Part shown: in pieces, positions 38,587-46,859 of the stretch
How positions within the stretch are numbered: the stretch's first letter is position 1
Layout: each line of letters begins with the position of its first letter
DNA from: an archaeon GW2011_AR15
Lineage (GTDB): Archaea > Nanobdellota > Nanobdellia > Woesearchaeales > GW2011-AR15
NCBI GenBank assembly: GCA_000830295.1
Contig: CP010425.1
Span: forward strand, 320,001-384,000
Direction: 5' to 3'
DNA length: 64,000 bases
Notes under the pieces: generated by a model
What the model was told of the DNA's origin: nothing
Databases searched by the model: none
What the model saw: only the letters and a program-made list of their open reading frames with translations
Position numbers and translations under genes: made by a program

Positions 38587-39060
38587 ATGATGGCAGAAAC
38601 AGCAACTTTTGGTGCCGGATGCTTCTGGGGAGTTGAGCACGAGTTCTCAAAAGTCAAAGGTGTACTCTCTACAGAAGTCGGCTTCATGGGCGGAGATGCT
38701 GAGAACCCTTCTTACCAGCTTGTCTGCACCAATACAACAGGCCATGCAGAAGTCGTGCATGTAAAATATGACCCGAAGAAAGTTCCGTATGAAAAGCTGC
38801 TTGAGGTTTTCTGGAGAGTACACGACCCGACTCAGCTCAACAGGCAGGGCCCCGATGTGGGAACACAGTACAGGTCTGTGATATTCTATTATAATGAAGA
38901 ACAAAAGAAAAAAGCTGAGAAATCCCTGAAGGAGGAGCAGAAAAAGCACAGCAAAAAGATTGCGACTGCAATTGTGGAAGCTGAGGAGTTCTACAGGGCA
39001 GAGGAATACCACCAGAAATACTACGAGAAAAAAGGATGCATTGAAAACCTTTTTAAATGA
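38587..39060 (+). CDS. msrA: peptide-methionine (S)-S-oxide reductase
   Basis: GCFWG, HAEVV, HDPTQLNRQGPDVGTQYRS, AEEYHQKY. Confidence 0.97.
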   Translation: MMAETATFGAGCFWGVEHEFSKVKGVLSTEVGFMGGDAENPSYQLVCTNTTGHAEVVHVKYDPKKVPYEKLLEVFWRVHDPTQLNRQGPDVGTQYRSVIFYYNEEQKKKAEKSLKEEQKKHSKKIATAIVEAEEFYRAEEYHQKYYEKKGCIENLFK

Positions 39061-39162
39061 ACTAAGACTCCCTCATTCTATGGAAAGCAGCGTCCGGAAA
39101 AAAGGCGTGTAAATCTGTTCTTAATATCATTAGCTTTCAATATACTTATTTGGTGAATATCT

Positions 39163-40101
39163 GTGGAAAAAGTAAAAGACTTCAGGTGGAAAAAAGGAAT
39201 ATCTGTGAATGAATTAGTTGAATCGCTGGGAAATGTGGGGTTCCAGAGCAGCGAGATGAAGAAAGCTGTTGATGTCATTGTCAAGATGAAGAAGGATGGG
39301 GCAAAGATCTTTTTCACATACACCAGCAACATGGTTACTTCCGGGTTAAGGGGGTTCTTTGCCCAGCTTATAGAATTAGGCATGGTGGATGTGGTTGTAA
39401 CTACTGTCGGCGGGATTGAAGAGGATATCATGAAGGCAGAAGGCGAGAAATTCATAATAGGCAGATTCAGCGCTGACGATATCGAGCTTTATGAGAAAGG
39501 CGTCAACAGGGTGGGCAACCTTTTCATAAGGAATGAGTCATATCTTAAATTTGAAGATACAATAGGGAAGATGCTCCTTGAACTCTATAAGAAAAAGCCG
39601 CGATGGACTCCCTCCGAATTAATACATGAGCTTGGGAAAAGGCTGGATGACAGGAATTCAATATTATACCAGGCATCAAAAAATAATGTCCCCATTTTCT
39701 GCCCGGGAATAACAGACGGCTCATTCGGGTTCCATCTGTTCATGCTGCAGCAGAAGCATCCTGATTTTGTTATAGATGTTGTCCAGGATTTTAGGAACAT
39801 ATTATTCTGCACAAGCCATGACGACAAAAAAGGCCTTGTCTCGCTGGGAGGAAGCATTTCGAAGCACCATGCAATACTTGCCTGCCTTCTCAACGGGGGG
39901 CTGGATTATGCTGTGTATCTTACAACTGCGCATGCAAGCTCAGGCAGCATGTCCGGAGCAACAACAGAAGAGGCAAAGAGCTGGGGAAAAGTCAAAGATG
40001 ACTCTGATGTCTCCACTGTAATCGGTGATGTGACCTTCACTTTCCCGCTTATAATGGTCAAGGCTCTTGAGACGCTTGAGAAGGACGGCATGCTGAAATG
40101 A
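39163..40101 (+). CDS. deoxyhypusine synthase family protein
   Basis: YTSNMVTSGLR, NRVGN, DGSFG, GGSISKHH, GSMSGA..EEAKSWGK; GGTGA SD before GTG. Confidence 0.92.
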   Translation: MEKVKDFRWKKGISVNELVESLGNVGFQSSEMKKAVDVIVKMKKDGAKIFFTYTSNMVTSGLRGFFAQLIELGMVDVVVTTVGGIEEDIMKAEGEKFIIGRFSADDIELYEKGVNRVGNLFIRNESYLKFEDTIGKMLLELYKKKPRWTPSELIHELGKRLDDRNSILYQASKNNVPIFCPGITDGSFGFHLFMLQQKHPDFVIDVVQDFRNILFCTSHDDKKGLVSLGGSISKHHAILACLLNGGLDYAVYLTTAHASSGSMSGATTEEAKSWGKVKDDSDVSTVIGDVTFTFPLIMVKALETLEKDGMLK

Positions 40102-41117
40102 AGGCCCGTTTTGTAATATCAAAAAAGAAAGTCCTTGGACAGTATCAGGAAATAAAAAAATACGCTGACGCTGTTTCCTACAGCTACAAGACCAATGTTG
40201 ATGTCGGGAAAATCCTTGAGGAAAATACAGACACGATGTTCAGCATCCATACACTAGAAAGCCTTGATGACTTAAAGGACATGAAAAGGGTATGGTTTTT
40301 CTCCCAGGCATGGAATGATAAAGATTTAGGGATGCTGTTCAAAAAAGGAGTCAATAAATTTGTTGTTGACAATGACACAGACCTGAAAATACTGCTGGAT
40401 TATGCAAAAGAAAAAAAGAAAAAACTTTCTCTGCTGCTGAGGATGAGGCTGAAAGAGCACACAGTACACACGGGGAAGCATTTTGTCTATGGGTTTTATT
40501 CGGGCAGGGTCAACGAGCTTCTTCCTGAGCTGAGGAAAAACAAAAATATTGATCGGCTGGGGATACATTTCCACAGAAAAACCCAGAATGTCAGCGAGTG
40601 GGATCTCAAAGAAGAGCTAGAAGACACTATACTGCACTGGGATAAAATAGATATTGTGAATATCGGCGGCGGGCTTCCTGCTGAATACAAGAACTACAGC
40701 CAGGGCGTGCTGAAAGGGATATTTGAGAAAATAGCAGAGCTGAAGAAATGGCTCAACAAGCAGGGGATAAAAATGGTAATAGAGCCCGGGAGGTTCATAG
40801 CCGCCTCTCCTGTAAGACTTGAGACTGAAATACTCAATGTGATTGAGAATAACGTGATAATAAACTGCTCGGTCTATAATTCCGCCATGGACACTTTTGT
40901 GGCGCACATAAGGCTGATTGTTGAAGGGGAAAAGGAAAACGGCCGGGCATATACGATAAAAGGCTGCACACCTGACTCCATGGACATATTCAGGTATAAA
41001 GTGTTCCTTGAAAAGCCGAAAAAGGGCGGGAAAATAATATTCCTTAATGCGGGAGCATACAATTATGCCTCAGATTTCTGCAATCTTCCTAAACTGGAAA
41101 CTGCTGTTGTGGATTAG
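40098..41117 (+). CDS. fold-type III PLP-dependent ornithine/arginine/DAP decarboxylase family
   Basis: YSYKTN (PLP Lys), HFH, NIGGG, EPGRF, GCTPDSMD, NAGAY; ATGA overlap with DHS. Confidence 0.85.
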   Translation: MKARFVISKKKVLGQYQEIKKYADAVSYSYKTNVDVGKILEENTDTMFSIHTLESLDDLKDMKRVWFFSQAWNDKDLGMLFKKGVNKFVVDNDTDLKILLDYAKEKKKKLSLLLRMRLKEHTVHTGKHFVYGFYSGRVNELLPELRKNKNIDRLGIHFHRKTQNVSEWDLKEELEDTILHWDKIDIVNIGGGLPAEYKNYSQGVLKGIFEKIAELKKWLNKQGIKMVIEPGRFIAASPVRLETEILNVIENNVIINCSVYNSAMDTFVAHIRLIVEGEKENGRAYTIKGCTPDSMDIFRYKVFLEKPKKGGKIIFLNAGAYNYASDFCNLPKLETAVVD

Positions 41118-41269
41118 ATTGCGAACTCCCTTCTTGCAACTGCCCTGTTAAGCTCGTATAATTCAGCATAATCCTTCTCAGTTACGTACCTTATGAGAGC
41201 GCTAATTTCTCTCCTTGTGTAAAAAACTCCCACGAGCAATGTTGACAGTAACACAATGATTTTTATCAT
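41114..41269 (-). CDS. 51-aa single-TM small protein (below ORF-track cutoff)
   Basis: MIKIIVLLSTLLVGVFYTRREISALIRYVTEKDYAELYELNRAVARREFAI; AGGTGA SD 5 nt before ATG; stop overlaps the decarboxylase stop. Confidence 0.6.
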   Translation of the reverse strand: MIKIIVLLSTLLVGVFYTRREISALIRYVTEKDYAELYELNRAVARREFAI

Positions 41270-41346
41270 GCAAATCACCTCTTTAAGAAAAAGAGGGCAG
41301 TTTTGTTTAAATAGCTCACAAGAGGATGTCTACTGTGTCCAGTGGC

Positions 41347-42231
41347 TTATAGGCTGATAAGGACCAGCCCTAAAAGAATTGTGAGTATTCCAACTTTCTG
41401 GTTAAGGACAAGCTTCTCTTTGTAGAATATCATGGCAAGCGTAACAATTATTGCGGGATAAAGCGAGCTTATGGGCGTTATTATTGCAGCATCGCCCACT
41501 GTGAACCCGTAAGTAAGCACGAGCCATGCAAGAGTGTAGAGGACTGTAGAGCAGAAAAGTATGAAAAATGGCATCTTGTCTTTAAACTCTGATTTTTTCG
41601 GGATGCCTTTGTTATAGAGCGCAAACAGCATCAGGAAACTGCCGAAGGATATGTTTGAGAAAAAGAATACTGATATGTAGTGGGTTGCAGGAAAGTTGAC
41701 TCCGAATAAGGTTATATCATTGGAAACAAGCTCCAGTATGAAAAAGTAGATTCCCCACATCATAAGTGTTATCAGGGATTCCTTCACTCCCCTTACTGCA
41801 TGCATGCTTTTTATTTTTTTCAGGTCTGTTGACACAAGCACGACGCCTGACACGAGCATCAGGATAGCTATGAATGTAAAGAGGCTTATGCTCTGCCCCA
41901 GGAACAGCACAAGCAGCAATACAGTTATTACAGTATATGATGCTGAAATGGGCGTTACTATTGAAACCTCTCCTATCTCCAGCGACCTGTAGAAATTATA
42001 GATGGCTATTGTCTGGCAGATTCCGCCGATTACAAGCAGCATCAGGTTTGGGAGGGCGATGCTTACGCTGAAAAACAGCAAGAAAGGCAGTGTAAAGGCC
42101 AGCCCGAAAAGATTGGCAATGAACATAGTCTTGTATGTCCCAAGTTTTCTTATCACAACACTCTGAATAAAATCAGCAATTCCCCATGAGAACATGGGAA
42201 TAAGTCCTGCGAGTATGCTTATAGGCAACAT
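41347..42231 (-). CDS. DMT/EamA family transporter
   Basis: Two EamA halves (GEVSIVTPISASY; GDAAIITPISSLYP; KEKL). Confidence 0.9.
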   Translation of the reverse strand: MLPISILAGLIPMFSWGIADFIQSVVIRKLGTYKTMFIANLFGLAFTLPFLLFFSVSIALPNLMLLVIGGICQTIAIYNFYRSLEIGEVSIVTPISASYTVITVLLLVLFLGQSISLFTFIAILMLVSGVVLVSTDLKKIKSMHAVRGVKESLITLMMWGIYFFILELVSNDITLFGVNFPATHYISVFFFSNISFGSFLMLFALYNKGIPKKSEFKDKMPFFILFCSTVLYTLAWLVLTYGFTVGDAAIITPISSLYPAIIVTLAMIFYKEKLVLNQKVGILTILLGLVLISL

Positions 42232-42256
42232 AATCTCCGGGAGTTTTAGGTTTATT

Positions 42257-43009
42257 TTAAGCTTTCCTAATTATATCCTGTATCAGGCGGGCTCCTTTCC
42301 ATATTCTTGGCCCCGGCCTGTTCAGGAACGTGTCATCAACTGCAAAAACCTTTTTTTCTTTTACAGCCCGCAGATTTCTCCACCCTCTTTTTAGTAAATC
42401 TTCCTTTTTTGATTTATCATGGAAGCCGCACCAGTGCAGGAGGATTATATCGGGGTCAAATTTCTCGACCTGTTTCAGTGTGACTTCCGGGCTCAGCTTT
42501 CCTTCTTTTATCATGGGAATCCCGCCCGCTGCCTTTATCAGCTCAGGCACCCAGTTCCCTGCAACTGTCGGAGGCCTGTGAAATTCCTCTGTGTATATTT
42601 TTGGTCTTTTTCTTTGTGCTAATTCCTGTATCCTGCCTATCTCAAGTTTAACATCAGAAACAATTTCCTTTGCTTTCGTGCCTGTTCCTGTAAGCACCCC
42701 TATCATCATGAAGCTGTCATATACGCCCTTCAGTGTCTGTGGAAACAGGTTTACAAGCCTGACATTGTTTTTTTCAGCCCATTCCTTTACAGCGGGCGGC
42801 ACATACATGGAGGTGAGGATTAAATCCGGGTTGAGTTTCCTGATTTTTTCCATGTCCCTGACATGTATCCATGAGCCTGCTTTGGGGATTTTTCCGGCTG
42901 CCCCAGGATAGTCGCAAAAAGTTGTTACCCCGGCAATCCTGTCTCCCAATCCCAGTGCAAAGAGTATTTCAGTGTTGCTCGGTGCCAAAGATAAAATTCT
43001 ATTGTACAT
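42257..43009 (-). CDS. BtuF/cobalamin-binding-like helical-backbone protein, no signal peptide
   Basis: RILSLAPSNTEILFALG, GVTTFCDYP, NPDLIL, LNRPGPR. Confidence 0.85.
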   Translation of the reverse strand: MYNRILSLAPSNTEILFALGLGDRIAGVTTFCDYPGAAGKIPKAGSWIHVRDMEKIRKLNPDLILTSMYVPPAVKEWAEKNNVRLVNLFPQTLKGVYDSFMMIGVLTGTGTKAKEIVSDVKLEIGRIQELAQRKRPKIYTEEFHRPPTVAGNWVPELIKAAGGIPMIKEGKLSPEVTLKQVEKFDPDIILLHWCGFHDKSKKEDLLKRGWRNLRAVKEKKVFAVDDTFLNRPGPRIWKGARLIQDIIRKA

Positions 43010-44285
43010 TTTTCCAGGATGATCCTGATATAGGGTATGGATCTGTCCTTAATAATGCTTCTCCTTCATCCGCTCTGAGGTTCCACATTCCCTCCCAGTA
43101 AACATAATCAATCACCTGCTGGGATTTTTTCAGCAGGAGGATGCCCTCAGAATTTTTCAGAGCAAACGATGGCTCTATTTTAGTTGTACCCCCGGGCCCT
43201 AATTTTCCCGAAAGCCTTGAATTAGTCTTGCTGTTGCTGAGAAAATAATAGCCTAGATCAATTGTACTGTTTCCGGTGTTTTTTATTTCTACATATTCTT
43301 TTCCTTCGTCAGCGCCTTCTGCGTCATACATTATGCGGTATAATATTATGCCGCCTGCTGCATTCGGCATAGTTTCCTCAAACTCATATAATCTTTCAAA
43401 CTCTGCAATAAATTTTTCAGCGGTTTTTTCATCATGGATTATCAGTATGTTCTCGTCATTGTTCTCGTTTGCGTTTTCTGTCGGGTTGTATGAGCCTGTA
43501 ATCACAATTTTCCTGTCGATTATGAAAACCTTGTGGTGCATTGTATACGGATTATTGTCCAGTATTGTAAACTCTCTCAGGTCATCATATCTTGAATAGT
43601 CCGCTGCCTGCCTTGTCTCCATTATGCCTTTCACATCAAGGCCTTCATAATCCTTGTTCCAGAGCAGGTTGCCTATATCCTCATCAGTGAAGCTGAAATC
43701 CATGAAATATACTGAGCTGTTTGCCCCTCTTAATGCATTAATCACGTGCAGCTTGCAGCTGTCCTCGGGACAAAAATAATTCTCAATCTTTATTTCTCCT
43801 GAAAAAATAGCAGGATATTTTACTTCATCTCCCTTCCCGTAAATTCCATTGTCAAACTCTTCAAATTCAGCAAGATAATTTTCTGCAAGGTGGTCTGATT
43901 CTATGAAAACAATGTTGTTATTGTTGCTGTAGTTATCCCTTTCAGTCGGATTCATGCTTCCTGTCATGACTGTCCTGTTGTCAAAAACGCAGAACTTGTT
44001 GTGCATAAGGGCATAGGAACGGCCTGTTCTGAATTCGCCTTCTGATGTGCTGTCCTCTATGATAACTTCTGCATTTTTCTCCTTCAGCTTTGATATCAGC
44101 TCTGGAAGGTTAAGCTCATAGAAAGCGCACTTTATTTCTGATGAATTATCAATCTGCTCCATAATCCTGTCAAGGCACGCATCTTCAGGGCAGAAATAGA
44201 CTTTGATTTCAGAATAGGGCTCCCTTATCTCTGATGGTGTGCACGATGCAATGAACAGAAGAACCAGGATAACCTGCCATCTCAT
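42999..44285 (-). CDS. phospholipase D/Nuc-family lipoprotein with C-terminal lamin-tail domain
   Basis: Lipobox IASC; two HKD motifs (HNKFCVFD, HHKVFIID) with TGS.N; IMYDAEG.D..EYVEIKN. Confidence 0.85.
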   Translation of the reverse strand: MRWQVILVLLFIASCTPSEIREPYSEIKVYFCPEDACLDRIMEQIDNSSEIKCAFYELNLPELISKLKEKNAEVIIEDSTSEGEFRTGRSYALMHNKFCVFDNRTVMTGSMNPTERDNYSNNNNIVFIESDHLAENYLAEFEEFDNGIYGKGDEVKYPAIFSGEIKIENYFCPEDSCKLHVINALRGANSSVYFMDFSFTDEDIGNLLWNKDYEGLDVKGIMETRQAADYSRYDDLREFTILDNNPYTMHHKVFIIDRKIVITGSYNPTENANENNDENILIIHDEKTAEKFIAEFERLYEFEETMPNAAGGIILYRIMYDAEGADEGKEYVEIKNTGNSTIDLGYYFLSNSKTNSRLSGKLGPGGTTKIEPSFALKNSEGILLLKKSQQVIDYVYWEGMWNLRADEGEALLRTDPYPISGSSWKNVQ

Positions 44286-44857
44286 CTTGAGAATTCCCTT
44301 GAGCTCTTCAGCAGGCTGAATTTCGCTTCAGGGTATTCTTCTTCAAGCTTATCCATCATCTCCCTTATGGGGCTTTTATCTTTTTTCTCTGTGTAGCTGA
44401 AGTTCCTTATTTTTGCAAGCTGCTCTGCCTCAGAAGAAAGCACAGGAAGGAGAAGCTTCACATATGTCTTGCTGCTGGTTGTATAGTGCCCGAGGAATTC
44501 CGCTTCCCTGTTCTGCATGACGCAGCTGAGAAAATATTCATCCTCAAGGTCAGCATTCCACGGCACAACAACCTTATTGTAGTCTCCCTTAATTTCCATG
44601 CCCGGCTCAAACTCCTTTTGTTTTATCTCTATCTGCACAGGCATGCCTTTTATTATCTTTTTCAGCAGATATCCGGAAACTTTTCCGGACGCAGAGCCGT
44701 CATCTATAACAAGAATCTTATCATTTTTCTCTATGAGGCCGGCTGTCCTTACCTCTTTTCTCACTCTTTTTTCTATGATTTTCTGGAAGCAGCTCCCGCA
44801 TGTATCAAGGTTCTGCACGTGGACAGTTGAGGGCTTCCCGCACTTGACGCATTTCAT
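44282..44857 (-). CDS. degenerate TtuA/Ncs6 (Ctu)-like protein
   Basis: N-terminal CxxC...CxxC finger, F...IEKRVRK, LIEKNDKILV, C-terminal R..L..LE..YP..KFS; PP-loop eroded. Confidence 0.65.
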   Translation of the reverse strand: MKCVKCGKPSTVHVQNLDTCGSCFQKIIEKRVRKEVRTAGLIEKNDKILVIDDGSASGKVSGYLLKKIIKGMPVQIEIKQKEFEPGMEIKGDYNKVVVPWNADLEDEYFLSCVMQNREAEFLGHYTTSSKTYVKLLLPVLSSEAEQLAKIRNFSYTEKKDKSPIREMMDKLEEEYPEAKFSLLKSSREFSR

Positions 44858-45011
44858 GACTTAGAGAAGCAGGAGTTGGTTTAAAAAGATTGGCCATAGA
44901 CGAGAAATTATTTGTCACCACTCTGAAATTTATACAAAAAAGAAAGCTTTAAATATTGTGTAACCATTCTGAAATGAGTACAATTTAACAAATTTACTTT
45001 CACCTCTTTTT

Positions 45012-45052
45012 CCCTGGAAGGGTCTCCCTCGGGAGATCTTTCTGGGGTTTTA
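45012..45052 (+). terminator. GC-rich hairpin followed by T-tract
   Basis: ccctggaagggtctcc-ctcg-ggagatctttctgggg then tttt; G-U pairs fit the plus strand. Confidence 0.5.
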
Positions 45053-45095
45053 AAATCCTAAACATTTATATAACACGTTTCAATCATCTCTCCTG

Positions 45096-46859
45096 ATGGC
45101 TAAGAGGAAATCCGGGGGAGAGGATGCTGATTTTTTCCAGACGCTTAAGAAGTATAAGATAGGTGTGGCTTTCGCTGTCCTCATTGCAATTCTCCTGCTG
45201 GGCTTCTGGCTTAGACTCTATCATATCGATTACCCTGTCGCAGGCTATCATAACTGGAAGACTGCGCATTATATTACAGAGGCAAGGAATTTTGCTGAAA
45301 GGGGTTTTTTTGAGGATGGCCTGTTTATCCCTATGAGGGACACAATGGAAGCTGTTACTGAACCGCCTGACGGGGCCCACAGCGACACTTTCCCTACGAT
45401 AGCAATAATTGTCGGGTTCTTATTCAGATTTTTTGGAGCCTCCCTTGTTTTGGCCAGGCTTGTTGGGGTAATATTTTCAGTTGCCGCTGTCGCGGTGTTC
45501 TATTATCTGGTAAAAGAGCTGTTCGGGAGCGAAAGCCTTGCCCTGCTCGCTGCCTTCCTTGCGGCAATAAACCCATTATATGTATTTTTCAGCCACAATG
45601 TCCAGCTTGATAACCCTGCATTATTCTTCATGCTTTTCGGCTCCCTGTATTATGTAAAATGGCTGAACTCGCTGGAGACGCACAAGTATCTTTACATTGC
45701 TGTCCTGTTTGTAATGCTGGGAGCTATAACAAAGTATTCATTCTCGCTCATCGGCATACCAATACTGTTCACGCTTCCATACAAAAAACTGCTTAAAGAT
45801 AAAGAGAAATTTATGAAGCCTTTGCTGGTTGCGGGCATTATACTTGCTGCATTCCCTGCGTGGGCGCTCTATTCTGAAGTCTATGTCAGGTCAAAAATCC
45901 TGGCAAGCGGCGTTACCCTTAACTCTGAATCAAATTTCGGCGGCCTTATTGATTTCAGCATGGTCGCTGACCCGGGTTTCTGGCAGGTCATGAAAAGCTA
46001 TGTTGCGGATAACTTTACCCTCATAGGGATATTTTTTGCAGCCATCGGCCTTGGGCTGCTGCTGATGCTTTATTTTACAAAAAACAAGGACGACACCGGA
46101 TACAGGTTCATGGTCGGCTACTCAGTAGGGCTTGTTGCATTCCTGTTTGTCATGGGATACAAATTAAGCGGGCACAATTACCACCAGTTCCCTGCTGCCC
46201 CCCTCATAATCTTCCTTATTGCCTATTTCATTGAGGTTGTCTCAAAGAATGTGCTGAGGCTTGTCAAGCTTGAGAAAAACCTGAAATCTGCTGCATATAT
46301 AGGTATAGTGCTGGTTATACTATTTGCCCCTCTTGCCGGAGGAAGTTTCATGACGCAGAGCAGGGAAGCAAGGGACAGGATGTTCAACACACAGTTCCCC
46401 GGGCTTGATATTGCAGGGGAATACATAAACACACACAAAAATCCGGGCGACAGGATGTTCCACTCTTCCCACCAGAGCTTTGGTGTGCTGTGGCATGCTG
46501 ACGTGCCGGGATATAAGCCGCCTGCAAGCATAGATGCTTTCAGGAAAGGCGAAGAACTCGGTGTGGAATGGGTATTCGTCTACCAGTGGGGAATGCAGAA
46601 TTACTGCATACTTGACACTTCCGGCTGCAATGAGCTGGAGACTGAAAGAGGGGACTATATCAGAAATAATTACCGGCTGGTCCAGATTGCCATGTTCCAG
46701 AACGGCCAGCAGCTGCAGCCTGTCTATTTCCTTTTCAGGAAGGGAGGCACTTTCAATGAATCAGACCTAAACTCCCTTATAGGCGGAAAAGCTCCCCTAA
46801 AGCAGCAATATGAAATGACAACAGGAACTTATGAGCTGCTGTATATAAACATAGAATGA
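45096..46859 (+). CDS. GT-C glycosyltransferase (family 39/ArnT-PMT-like)
   Basis: LRL after TM1, ARL..V, LAAINP..VFFS, TKY; ~12 TM plus extracellular C-domain. Confidence 0.85.
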   Translation: MAKRKSGGEDADFFQTLKKYKIGVAFAVLIAILLLGFWLRLYHIDYPVAGYHNWKTAHYITEARNFAERGFFEDGLFIPMRDTMEAVTEPPDGAHSDTFPTIAIIVGFLFRFFGASLVLARLVGVIFSVAAVAVFYYLVKELFGSESLALLAAFLAAINPLYVFFSHNVQLDNPALFFMLFGSLYYVKWLNSLETHKYLYIAVLFVMLGAITKYSFSLIGIPILFTLPYKKLLKDKEKFMKPLLVAGIILAAFPAWALYSEVYVRSKILASGVTLNSESNFGGLIDFSMVADPGFWQVMKSYVADNFTLIGIFFAAIGLGLLLMLYFTKNKDDTGYRFMVGYSVGLVAFLFVMGYKLSGHNYHQFPAAPLIIFLIAYFIEVVSKNVLRLVKLEKNLKSAAYIGIVLVILFAPLAGGSFMTQSREARDRMFNTQFPGLDIAGEYINTHKNPGDRMFHSSHQSFGVLWHADVPGYKPPASIDAFRKGEELGVEWVFVYQWGMQNYCILDTSGCNELETERGDYIRNNYRLVQIAMFQNGQQLQPVYFLFRKGGTFNESDLNSLIGGKAPLKQQYEMTTGTYELLYINIE

